64,000 bases of DNA from Saccostrea cucullata (Eukaryota), in contig NW_026933720.1 of assembly GCF_032062105.1 (NCBI RefSeq), forward strand, positions 124,001 through 188,000, given 5' to 3'. The position numbers and the translations under genes are program-made. Position 1 is the stretch's first letter. The number at the start of each line of letters is the position of its first letter. Of the stretch, positions 27,561 through 39,960 are shown piece by piece. Under the pieces are notes generated by a model that worked only from the letters and a program-made list of their open reading frames with translations, was not told the DNA's origin and did not search any database.

Positions 27561-28535
27561 TAATACATGTACAATGTATTAACGTGTACAATCAGAGAGT
27601 TTTTTTTCAACAAAAAAGCAAATGAACAATGCCTAGTTAGTGAATTTATAAATTCCATTTTCATTGAAAAAGCAGGTTATGCAAGGATATTAACAGTCTC
27701 GTTTAAAGTCAACAGTTTTTTGCAAATTATATGGTCGATACAATGACCTTGTCAACAAATACAATTTAGCGCTGACTATTGACTGACTGGCGTTTTTAAT
27801 ATACAGTTTTTGTTCAACTTGATATGGTTTAATAAGAAATGAGAACACTCATTTGTATCGGGAAAATTCTTGCCATAAAATGTTTAGGTATAACCTGAAG
27901 GTAAAAAAAAAATTGTTTACAATTCCACCCCTTACCAATTGCAATCGCTTAGAATGCAAGTAAGATTTGTTCACAGTCCTTAAAGATAAGCTACTGTAGT
28001 TGAAGATGACCCCTATCCAAATTACAACAAAAAGTAGTTATACTAGATTCTTATACAAAATATCGCACCTGGACGTATAATGCTCATGCACGGTTCGTGT
28101 TATTGGTCAACAGGGGATGCTCTCGTCCCCTAGGCACCTGATCCTACTGTTAACATTTCTAGGGGTCAGTTTTTTATGCCCTCTTTGGAGATCTGTATTG
28201 TTTATAGACTTTGTTTTAAGACCAGTCAATGTTCTGTATATAAGGTTCCGTTTGAACTTATACACCCCGTAAAATTAACATATCGATGTACATCGTTCCA
28301 ACAAATAAATGAAATCCAAGGTATTGCACCTTGCATAACCAACTATTACGTAATAATATGACAAAGAGTTATTTGACAAACACTGAACATACATTTTATG
28401 ATTTTAAATGTGATTGAGGAAAATTTACAGCATTTCCAATTCATATACCAACCGCGTTTTATTTGACCACTTGATATGTTTTAATGTAATGCGTAACTCG
28501 TGTTATTTTGTAAATATGTCTTCCTTCTTCACAAA

Positions 28536-29100
28536 ATGAACTACAACTCTGACGTAGCTACCGTCCTGTAAGTAAATAAAGCATTTTTAATGAAAAAAAT
28601 GAAATGAGTTTGAAAGTTTATCTCAATTAAAATTAAGAAATATTATTTTATACTTCAAAAGATACATAATAACGCTGGTTCCGTTTGTGTTGCTGGTCAC
28701 GTGTATCATGCTTGCGTGTTGCTGGGACAGGTTTGGATGTAAAAAGAAGGCAGACAGTGGGCAGAGACCGACAATCAATGTAAGATATAAAAAACAAATA
28801 ACTTTTGCTATAGATGAATAAATCATGCGCAAAACTTACATTGTGTTACAGAAATTTAATTCCAGGAAATCTTTTTTGTAGGACAGACTTTATTTTGTAA
28901 GTAATGAAGTGAATGGATTATCTATATGTGATCCGCCACAGTCCCCTGCAACTGGCTACAACTCCTGTTACGAAGATTCACCTCCACCTTATAACGAGGT
29001 CCAAGCTTTAAGTGAGGAAGACATACCGCACACAGCGTTCATTAACCCTTTAACTAACCAAGAGTGGGTGTCAGCGAGTTCTAGCGTACACTGGGTATGA
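28536..29100 (+). CDS. Small single-pass membrane protein with PPPY motif, subfamily 1 copy A, 122 aa. Exons 28536-28567, 28662-28779, 28882-29100
   Basis: GTAAG donors and AG acceptors join into an open frame: MNYNSDVATVLYIITLVPFVLLVTCIMLACCWDRFGCKKKADSGQRPTINDRLYFVSNEVNGLSICDPPQSPATGYNSCYEDSPPPYNEVQALSEEDIPHTAFINPLTNQEWVSASSSVHWV*; exon lengths identical in the paralog. Confidence 0.82.
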
Positions 29101-31020
29101 TTCTACACCAAAACTGTCAACACAGATTATAACGATACTATATTTACAGGTATTCATCAGGGAATGAGAAATATCTAGCGTATTTAATTTAGGAAAATAT
29201 GTGTCTATGTTTGTATTGTAATTATGTTTTTGTTGTGAATTTTCAACTGTTTTTCTGTTCAAAATGTTTCACTAGTAATATTTCTAAACATGATACACAC
29301 TATAAAGTTCCTTCATCTTGATACCCCATTATTATATTAAATCATGTTAAAATCAGTAGGAAGATCATTTAATCCACAGCTGCTTGCCTCTCAAAATTTC
29401 AGTGGTAGACTCAGGCGCCTAGAAAGATTAAGCACCCTCTGTAGGAGGCCGATCACACAACCTATGTATTAGGTAGACAAAACATACTGTAGTCATCCTC
29501 ATTTTTAAAAAAAACAAAGGCTTAATAATTGAGATAAAACACCCTCGGACTATTTTTTTTAATTTCACGATCTTGACGAGGAGCGCACTGCGGGTGTGAC
29601 CGGTCGGCAGGGGATGCTCACTGCCTGCTCCTATTTTATATTGTTGTTTGGACTTTGGAGCTTGAATACTGTTCGTATCTATCTCTGTTTTTTGCTTACA
29701 AGGTTATGAAAACGACGTTACGAAAACTCAGTATTTAATTTTTAAGGATGTTGTTGACATTTTTGCAGTATCAATATATCTGTCAATAGCCTGCTTTGGT
29801 TCTAAAAATGATAATATTCGGAGACTGCTCTTTATCATAAATCGATAAGTTGGGAGATGTAGGCAGCAGGTGATAGCAGGATATTACTTCATAATTCGTT
29901 TATCATACAATAATCATACAATTTAAATCTTAGTTGGTTCTTTTCGTCTATAGTCAGAATAACATCGTAATCTATGTCTGGTAAAGTATTTCTTTTTGGG
30001 TATTTGCATGATTTGGATACCTGCCAAAACTGAATTAAAAACCACCCAGACATATTTACATTGAGAAAAATCCTTTATATAGCTTAATATCATTTTAAAG
30101 AGGGCTTCATTGTTCAGCAAAATGTAAGGAAGAAGTAATAAAAGAAAACGTAAATAATTTCTCTCGGTATTTTGTACTACAGTGAATTGTGTTATTTTCA
30201 ACTTGAAAACTAAACTTGTTATATCATTGGGAAAGTTAATTGTCAAAGTGATAAGTTATAAGAGTTTATTTATTAATCAGATGGAGAATAGTATTTCTCT
30301 TTGTTCACCTTATATCAGTCTGTTTGGGTATAATTTTGCCATCATTCGATTTTGATATTTAAATATTTCCTGATAAACTTCATCTTATATTGAACGACAA
30401 ATTTCCTCTCGTCATTAGAAAATATTTTCCTTGATGCCACAGAAAAAGATGATTACGAATCAGGCAAAAAATAATCTATCAAAATAATTTCAAAACAATT
30501 AAAATGAACGAAAAGACGCTTTTATCAAGACTTCATTGTTATTTTTTTGAAACTGATAATTTAAAATCATGTGTATAATTATAGATATAAGTAAGTGTTT
30601 CAAAGCATCTTTAAATATTTGATATTTAAAAAATATTTAATTTCATTATATGGATAAATTATGATTTTCTGGTAATAAACAAATACTAGTACATTTGCTT
30701 CTGACTCAATTGTTTTTTTGGAAGGTGCCAAATTATTAATTTTTTTTTTTTTTCATATTTGAAATCCTTGCAGGAAAATAAATTTCGCTAGGATATATAG
30801 TGCGTGTCGCTGTGTCTTATGCATATAAATTAGTTTGCAACTTTCCCAGTTTTATTGGATTCTGATATAACAATAATTCACTTTGATACGTATACATCAA
30901 TATAAAAATTCACTTTGTTTAGAGACTATAAATTTTTTAAGAATGTTTCTTAATGAATAAAACTTATTACTTTTTAAAAGTTACTGGTATCTATGCGTAT
31001 GAGAATAAACTTGATTTTAA

Positions 31021-31338
31021 GGACAGATGATACAAACAAAAAATGGATGCCTGGATTGGTTTATATTTTTTGTCCTAATTTCATTGCAAATGATGCAAAT
31101 AATAAATTACTAGAAAATAAAGAAATTGTAAACCTTCTGTGATGTTCAAAAGTATGCCCTTCTGAAACCATCTTTATTAATCTATGCAAATATTTTTCAC
31201 TTAAAATTCCATTTTTATGCAAATTTGAATAAAAGAATTTAAACTACGCGGTGAAAGTTATTCATTTTATTCATTTAAACATGACCCAACTTGTTATTTT
31301 CAAATTCTTTTACAAAAGTTTGTTTGTATCATCTGCCC
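31021..31338. mobile_element. Kolobok-type MITE
   Basis: TIR GGACAGATGATACAAACA / TGTTTGTATCATCTGCCC with TTAA on both sides; same family inverted at 43818-44140. Confidence 0.8.
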
Positions 31339-33778
31339 TTAAAATGTGAAGATTTCGAAATTTTCTTGTTATAAAATCTTATCGCGATAATATCTTTTCT
31401 CTCAAGTTATAAAGATATGCTGAACATAAACCCCATAAAAAGGAGTCACAGATAAAATTCTACATTTAAAAAAACATGATAAAATAAAACAAGTCGGATT
31501 TCACATTTCCTGGCAATATTCCGATATAGAATGTTTATTTCGTCTAAAAAGATTATATTTGAAATTTTTGTATTTTTTTTATATAGATACTTGGCAAAAA
31601 GGGATTGATACGCTGATTGAAAGAAAAATGATGGTCGAGAGTCCCAGCTCGCATTCTTCTTCTTCTTCTTTCTGCTCATTGTTGGGTTGTTTACTTTAAC
31701 TATTCACATACTCTATATCAGATAAATATATATGAGATTGTGAAACTACTGACAGCTATTGTAGGTGATCACATGATTGTGTTCTCTAGATATAGCCGAA
31801 AAGTCTAAGTGATACGACACTTCTGTAAAAAATATGTAATCAAACCTAAGACATCAAGAGGCCAAAACTTAACTAAACAACGTGGAATGGGAAGTGAAAA
31901 TCAAAACATTTTTCCCGTTTGGATGACATTGTACTTATGCTGTTGTACCAATGGAGTTATAGATGTATAGATATTTTATACAACAAAAAATCATTAATTT
32001 GATTATATTCTGAATCTTGTTCATGATATTCATGTTGTTTCAGGATGTTGAAAAACTGTGATATTTATATATATATATTAATGTACTAGTAAATATTTAA
32101 TTTAAAATACATTATATTCTTGAAGTTTGTCTTGTTGTTGTTTTCAAAATGAAAATGAAATTAAAAATAAGCTGTCAAGACAATCTTGAGAAGTGTAACA
32201 CTGTGTATAGAATACATGTAAAAGTCGTTCAATTTCTTGATTAAAAATACTTCAATTTAGTGAATAATTGTTAAAGATGAAGTTAAATAATATTATTACA
32301 TAAAGATTTGAAATGTTTGTTCCAATTTTAAAAAATAGAATTCACATATGAAATTTACTTGCAGAATGAAGATAAAAAATAATCAGATTCGTTTATATAT
32401 CTTACTTTTATATACTCCTACATACGATAAGGAGAAGCCAAGGGATCATAAAAAATCTTACTTAAACATTTCAATCTATGATAAGGCCTTGTTTTCAAAA
32501 CCGAAAAAAGCACAGAAATGCTCGCTTTCTTAAAAAAAGGATATTGTGTAGAAGTAAATGACATTTATCATTTTGAGTTGTCTGATAAGAGGAGTCAATG
32601 GTAATGTGGGCAAACAGATCAAAATGAGGAAACATAGCCTTTCCTTCCCGAAGCATGGATTGTTTTAGTGTCCTTGCCTCCCTTCAAACAACTCACTCAT
32701 ATACAGTCACCAAATGCAACCCAAATGAACGCATGAATACAAAGAACGACGGCTTCATCAATTTTTCAGACCTACTGAAACTCTAGGATCCTAGCTTTTA
32801 TTAAAACTTGCAAAAGATCTCTGGAGAAATATTCCAATAACCACTCCAAATTTTATGCTAGTATTTAAAGAGGCTTTACTTATCTGCCAATATATCCGTG
32901 ACTGTAAAAAAAAGTTTTTGATATCCCTTTTTCATCAACTTGCTTGTCAATAGCTTGCCTCGTTTTAGAATTTGTTTGTAGGTAAAGGATATTCTTAGGC
33001 ATCAAATCAATTGGTAGATATAAACCCCATATGCAGGTTATAACAATATATTGAGAAATGTTTGCGATGGCTAGAATTGTTGATGTCATCACGTTTATCG
33101 TACAATTATGCTGTTGGTCACCAATAATGTATTTTCTAGTAAAAAAAAGAAAGGCCAATATGAAACCGATATTGACGAGTCTGTTTTACCTGTCGACATA
33201 TAAATGGAAGTTATTGTTTTTTGATAATACGTCGATCATCAATATAGTTAAATTTAGGATTGAAGACCACACCAAGTGTTTCTTCTTTTCATGCCTAAGA
33301 TTTTTTTGAAGAAATTGTACTTCATATGAAAAACAGAAATATGTTTACTAATGATGGGACCAGAGCAATTAGAAGCAATGAAAATTCCAACAGATTTTGG
33401 TAGGCTTTATCTCGAAAACCTTTATATTTTCAAGTAGAAACTCAAACATCTTTTTAATTAATACATGTACAATGTATTAACGTGTACAATCAGAGATTTT
33501 TTTGTAACAAAAAGCAAATGAACAATGCCTTGGTAAGTGAATTTATGAATTCCATTTTCATTGAAAAAGCAGCTTATGCAAAGATATTAGCAGTTTCGTT
33601 TAAAGTCAACAGTTTTTGCAGATTATATTATTTATCGCTGAGCTGACTATTGTCTGACTGGCGTTTTTAATATAAAGTTTTTGTTCAACTTGATATGGTT
33701 AAATAAGAAATGAGAACACTCATTTGTATCGGGAAAATTCTTGCCATAAAATATTTAGGTATACCTGAAGGTAAATAA

Positions 33779-34157
33779 GGCCATTCAAAGTTTTTTCTCT
33801 GTTTAGCGTCCACCCATCTTTCAAAAACCTACCTACCTATTCGCAAAAAACACAAACCAAAACATAAAACACAGGCTTAAAAGTCATAAAAATGACGCCC
33901 TTCAAATGATTTGATCTAACTAGACTGCATTAATAGAAGATATATCTATTCTTAAGCAAAAACAAGGGATTAAATGCATAACATACACCGAATATAACTT
34001 ACTGTACAGAATTAATTTGGAGAAATTGACAAAATTAAAAAATTTCGACTAAAGTAATCAATTTCAGGACTCCTGATGTTGTGTGTTTTTTCTTACATGG
34101 AATGTCAAAAACCAAGATGCATGCGGACGCTAAACATAGAAAAAACTTGGAATGGCC
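33779..34157. mobile_element. PIF/Harbinger-type (Tourist-like) MITE
   Basis: TIR GGCCATTCAAAGTTTTT..TGTTTAGCGTCC / GGACGCTAAACA..AAAAACTTGGAATGGCC with TAA on both sides; absent from unit A (~27905). Confidence 0.75.
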
Positions 34158-34786
34158 TAAAATTGTTTACAATTCCACCCCTTACCAATTGCAATAGCTT
34201 AGAATGCATGTAAGATTTGTTCACGGTCCTAAAAGATAAGCTAATGTAGTTGAATATAACCCCTACCCAAATTACAACAAAAAGTAAAGTTATACTAGAT
34301 ACTTATACATTACAAAATATCGCAGCTGGACGTATAGTGCTCACAGTATGTGTTATTGGTCAACAGGGGATGCTCTCGTCCCCTAGGCTGATCCTACTGT
34401 TAACATTTCTGGGGGTCAGTTTTTTATGCCCTCTTTGGAGATCTGTATTGTTTATAGACTTTGTTTTAGGACCAGTCAGTGTTCTTATATTAGGTTCCGT
34501 TTGAACCTATACACCCCGTAAAATTAAAAATATCAATGTACATCGTTCGAACACATAAATGAAAGCCAAGGTATTGCACCTTGCATTACCAACTATTACG
34601 TAATAATATGACAAAGATTTATTTGACAAACACTGAACATACATTTTATGATTTTAAATGTGATTGAGGAAAATTTACAGCATTTCTATTTCATATAGCA
34701 ACCGCGTTTTATTTGACCACTTGATATGTTTTAATGTAATGCGTTCTCGTGTAAGTTTTTTTAAATATGTCTTCCTTCTTCACAAA

Positions 34787-35350
34787 ATGAACTACAACAC
34801 TGGCGGAGCTACTGTCCTGTAAGTAAAATGAGCATTTTTAATGGAAAAAATGAAATGATTTTGAAAGTTTAATCTAAATTGAAATTTAGTACATCATTTT
34901 ATACTTTATAAGATACATAATAACGCTGGTTCCGTTTGTGTTTCTGGTCACGTGTATCATGATTGCGTGTTGCTGGGACAAGTGTGGATGTAAAAAGAAA
35001 GCAGAGGCTGGACAGGGACCAGTAATCAATGTAAGATATCAAAAACACACTGATCAGAAAAATAGTTATAGATGAATAAATTGTGCATAATTAAACATCG
35101 TTATAAAGATTCCAGAAAATCTTCTTTGTAGGACAGACTTTATTTTGTAAGAGATGAAGTGAATGGATTATCAATATATGATCCGCCACAGTCCCCTACA
35201 ATTGACCACAACTTTTGTTACCACGATCCACCTCCTCCTTATGACGAGGTCCAAGCTTTAAGTAAGGAAAACATACCCCACACAGCGTTCATTAATCCTT
35301 TAACTAACCAAGAGTGGGTGTCAGCGAGTTCTAGTGTACACTGGATATGA
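34787..35350 (+). CDS. Small single-pass membrane protein with PPPY motif, subfamily 1 copy B, 122 aa. Exons 34787-34818, 34913-35030, 35132-35350
   Basis: MNYNTGGATVLYIITLVPFVFLVTCIMIACCWDKCGCKKKAEAGQGPVINDRLYFVRDEVNGLSIYDPPQSPTIDHNFCYHDPPPPYDEVQALSKENIPHTAFINPLTNQEWVSASSSVHWI*; canonical splice sites. Confidence 0.82.
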
Positions 35351-37364
35351 TTTGATACCAAAACTGTCAAACAGATTATAGCAATACTATATTTACAGGT
35401 ATTCATCAGGGATTGAGAAATATCTAGTGTATTTTATATAGGAAAATATGTGTCTATGTTTGTATTCTAATTACGCTTTTGTGAATTTTCAACTATTTTT
35501 CTGTTCAAAATGTTTCACTAGTAATACCAAGGGTATTTTCTAAAAATGATACACACTATAAAGCTCTTTTTTTGATACCTAATTGCTATGTTAAATCATG
35601 TTAAAATCAGTAGAAGGATCATTTGATCCAAAGTTCCTTGACAAAAGCTCCGTCCTCTCAAACTTTCAGTGGTGGAATCAGGCGCCTAGGAAGATTTAGC
35701 TCCCCCTGTAGAAGGCCGGTCACATACCCCTATGCATTAGGTAGACGAAGCATACCGTAGTGAACCTCAGTTTAAAACACAAAAGCTGAATAATTGAGAT
35801 AAAACACCCTCCTACGATTTTTTTTCTTTATTTCATGATCTTGACAAGGAGCACACTGCGGGTGTGAGCAGTGGGCAGGGGATGCTCACTGCTCCATGCC
35901 ACCTGATCCTACCTCTGATGTTTTGGAGGTCCATGTTTGCTCTGCTCTATTTTGTATTGCTGTTTGGACTTTGGAGCTTGAATACTGTTCGTATATATCT
36001 CTATATATGTCATGAAACAAGTTAGCCAATACTACGACGTAAAAATTATGTTTTATTTGCTTTCAAGGTTATTAAAACAACCATATATGTTACGAAAACT
36101 CAGTATTTAATTTTTAAGGATGTTAATGGCATTATTGCAGCATTAACATATTTGTCAATAGCCTGCTTTGGTTTATAAAATGATAATATTCGGAGACTGC
36201 TCTTTATCAAAAATCGATAAGTTGGGAGATGTAGACACCAGCAGCAGGTGATAGCGGGATATTACTTCATATATTTAATTCGTTTATCATACAACAATCA
36301 TGCAATTTAAATGTTAGTTGGTCCTTTTTGTCTATAGTCATTATAAAATTCTAATCTATGTCTGGTAAAGTAATTCCTTTTGGGTATTTGCATGATTTGG
36401 ATACCTGCCAAAACTGAATTAAAAACCACACAGACATATTTATATTGAGAAAAACCCTATATAGCTTAATATCCTTTTAAAAAGGGCTTCATTGTTCAGC
36501 AAATTGTAAGGAAGAAGTAATTGAAGGAAATGTAAATATTTTCCCTCGGTATTTTATAAGGAAACTTCCGTGAATTATGTTTTTTTTTCAACTTGAAAAC
36601 AACACTTGTTGTTATGTAATTGGGAAAGTTAATTGTCAAAGTGATAAGAGTCTATTTATTAATCAGATGGAGAATAGTATTTCCCTTTGTTCACCTTATA
36701 CCACTCTGTTTGGGTATAATTTTGCCATCATTCGATTTTGATATTTAAATATTTCCTGATAAACCTCATCATATATTGAATATATTATATATTCTCTCGT
36801 CATTAGAAAATATTTTCCTTGTTGCCAGAAAAAAATAATTACGAATCAGTCAAGGAAAGAATCTATCAAAATAGTTTCAAAACAATTTAAATGAACGAAA
36901 AGGCGCTTTTATCAAGGCTTCATTGTTATTTTTTTTTAGACTGATTATTCATTTCAAATCATGAGTATAATTATAGATATAAGTAAGAGTTTCACAGCAT
37001 CTTTAAATAATTGATATTTAAAGAATATTTCATTTTATAATATTATTGGATAAATTATGATTTTCTGGTAATAAACAAATATATTTGCTTCTGACTCAAT
37101 TTTCTTTTTGGTAGGTGCCACATTTTTTTTTCATATTTAAAATCCTTTCAGGAAAAAACATTTTCGGCATGATATATGTTAGTTTGCAACTTTTTCCAGT
37201 TTTATTAGATTCTGGTATAACAATAACTCACTTCGATACTTATACACCATTAAAAAGACTCATTTTGTTCAGAGACTATTATTTTTTTAAGAATGTGTCT
37301 TAAATGAATAAAACTTATTACTTTTAAAAAATTACTGGTGCTATAAAATCTTACCGCGATTATA

Positions 37365-38711
37365 CGAGGGCTGTTCAATAAATAATGTCCTGAACTGTAT
37401 GACATACAATACAGATATCATATGACATTAAGCTTGACTTTCTCTCATTATTGAATCTTTAAAGAATTTATAACAGTTTATTTGACCACTTTTTATCACA
37501 TACATGTAGTTTTACTGTGAAAAGCTGGGAAACAAGGGTTATTCGAGACACCGCATTATAAATGAATGGTAAAGAATCAGTAAACTAGAGTGAAAATAAA
37601 AGCTTCATTAAAGCTTCTGTAAAACTTGTTAAAAATCTCAAAGAAATGTTCACTGAAATATGTGACATTTACAGCAACCAATGCCTGTTTTATAGGCAAA
37701 TGAGCGGATGGATTTCATTGATAAATAAATATAAATTGGGCATAAAAAATGGGTAAGGTCCTTGCCAACAAAAATTATAACAACTTATGTACTGTTTGCC
37801 AAATTTCAACAAATAATATTTGATGATGTATGATTGACTTTATGACACATAGCAAATTTGATAGACATCATTTAGGGATTAGTTTACACTCTTTTTAAGA
37901 AACATTTGACGGTAAAAAAGCTTAGTACTCAAAGGTCACCCTATATTTTGAAAAATGAGTGAAAACGACAGCGTGTACGAATGTCTTAACAAATACTTTA
38001 AAATATCAGTAATTGTGATTATCCACGTTTGTTTGATATTCAAATTAAACAGATAATGGAACTTGAATCTATTACTAAAAACCCTCAAAACAAAATTTAC
38101 TATAAGATGTACTTGATAAAAACAGCGAAGATCTCACAAGAGCATAGAATCGCAAGAGCACAAAGACAGATTTATATGCAATTTTCTTAAATATTAGTTG
38201 CATTGTTGTTCAAATTCGTATTCGGGGAGACAGTTTAATTTCTAGAGGAATCTAAAAAGCAAATTGTTTGCAAAAAAAATCGAAAGGTTTATTAGAGGAA
38301 GGACCCAGAATCAGGAATCTACTACATTAAATTTCTTCATGACAGCGTCCAAATTCGCACGCCCTGAAGAGTAAAGGGGTTTTCGGGATAAACAGAAAGT
38401 TAAGTTTTTTCACATTAACAATATTCGCCAGATCTTTGACCTTTTGACTTGTTTCTATTTCCAAACTTGAAAAAACACCTTTCAGAAGGAAGAAACAAGC
38501 CCAGGAAATCATTGGATCTGCCATTTTCCAGTATACTAAGGTCATACCCAAAAATGAGTTCTAAAAACAATCAGAAATTGGATAAAAAATGTTACGGACA
38601 TGTGTTTTAATTAAAAGAAATTAAGAAGTTAAATCACGAAGACTAAATCATTGAAAAGCGTCTTTTGCTTCTTTCCGAGCACCGAGGACATTATTTATTG
38701 AACAGCCCTCG
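37365..38711 (+). mobile_element. Full-size (1.35 kb) mariner element with decayed transposase
   Basis: Perfect 27-bp TIR CGAGGGCTGTTCAATAAATAATGTCCT with TA TSD; YSPDL*PFDLFLFPNLKKHL remnant near 38420-38480; empty site in unit A near 31390. Confidence 0.88.
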
Positions 38712-39469
38712 TATTTCTTTTCTCTTAAGTTATAAAGACATACTGAACATAAACCACAGATAAATACTACCTTTAAAACATGGTAAAATAAAACATGTTG
38801 GATTTCACATTTCTTGGCAATATGCCGATATAAATATTTTTTTCGTCTAAAAATATTATATTTGAAATTCTTGTATCAAATTTATACTGATACTTGACAA
38901 AAAGGGATTGATACGCTGATTGAAAGAAAAACGATGGTCGTGAAATTGACACCTGAATACATTTACCGTATTAATTTAATTTTCAAAGTTAAACTCACAG
39001 GTAGTTCAAGTAAATCGCATCCACAACATGTCTACATCGGTCGTTTTCTTAAAGAAAAAAAAGACTGAAAAAAGTTCGTGTAAATAACCTCTGATGTGTA
39101 GTACTTAATCATATATATTTTAATTTAATAAAAACAGAATGCTGCAGTCCAAATTAAATAAAAGCTTTACTGTTAGCGCTTTCAGCCATGTTGGCTTTTC
39201 AGACAGTTATAAAAAATTCAAAACGTTGTCAATTATGTTACAAATGACGTTGTGATAATTTTAGGCTAAAATTATCACGACGTCATTAGCAATTTTTATT
39301 TGATAATAAAATGTTGTAGAAATCAAGCAGAACAAAATTAAAATGTTTTCAATAATAATTTTCAGAATTGTAGTTATCTGCAAATGTCGAAATGAATTCC
39401 AATTTTTATGAATATTTTATAGGTGATAGAAAATTTGACTTAAGTCTAAGTTTGTTTCTTGATCATGGA

Positions 39470-39960
39470 GCCTGATCGGGATATAACTGACAAATCCGTC
39501 GTCTATTCAGTGTATAAATAATGAACTAACAATAAGTATGAAAAACGTCAGTCATCATTTGTCTCAATGAAAAATTGTATTTGCTGTCAAGGTCATCGAC
39601 CATAAAACTTACGAAATGATGAATTTAAACGAGACAGCAGAAAATCTTGTTTTATTAACTTGTTTGTCAATAATTTACCTCCTTTTAGGAAATTGTACAT
39701 ACATAGAGCATGCTCGTACATATCAAATCAACTGAGATATATAAACCCCGTATGCAGATGATAAAGGTATATAGCTGTATTAGTAAGGGAAATAGACGAT
39801 AAAAAAGTTAAAATAGAATATTTAAATATGAAACTAATGTGTCCGACTCTGTGGTATCTTTTATCTCAAGTTCACCAGGATATATCGTATCGACAAAAGA
39901 ATGGAAATTTCCATTGTTAATTGGCAATACATCGTCGATATACACTAGACAAAATTGCTA
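39470..39960 (-). mobile_element. Penelope-like RT C-terminal remnant
   Basis: Minus strand SSAYGVYISQLI reading; homologous to 49905-49958 joined to 57843-58110. Confidence 0.65.

Larger units (their letters stand above)
22112..31637 (+). repeat. Tandem segmental duplication 1, unit A (FMO 3' end plus PY-motif gene 1)
   Basis: Colinear with 31638-38940 from tcccag..ttcttcttc..ctgctcattgttgggttg to gattgatacgctgattgaaagaaaa.gatggtcg. Confidence 0.9.
31638..38940 (+). repeat. Tandem segmental duplication 1, unit B (orphan FMO tail plus PY-motif gene 2)
   Basis: Direct copy of 22112-31637 without the RTE, and carrying its own Harbinger-type and mariner insertions. Confidence 0.9.

Noticed and set aside
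28516-28539. uORF (MSSFFTK*) whose stop overlaps the ATG of PY gene 1, also present at 34767-34790
   Set aside because: Sharing is explained by the recent duplication, and the transcription start is unknown, so the uORF may not be in the mRNA.
29089-29100. C-terminal PDZ-binding motif in the PY proteins (VHWV, SRVV)
   Set aside because: Terminal Val/Ile is present, but the -2 residue (His or Arg) does not fit class I or II consensus; not claimed.
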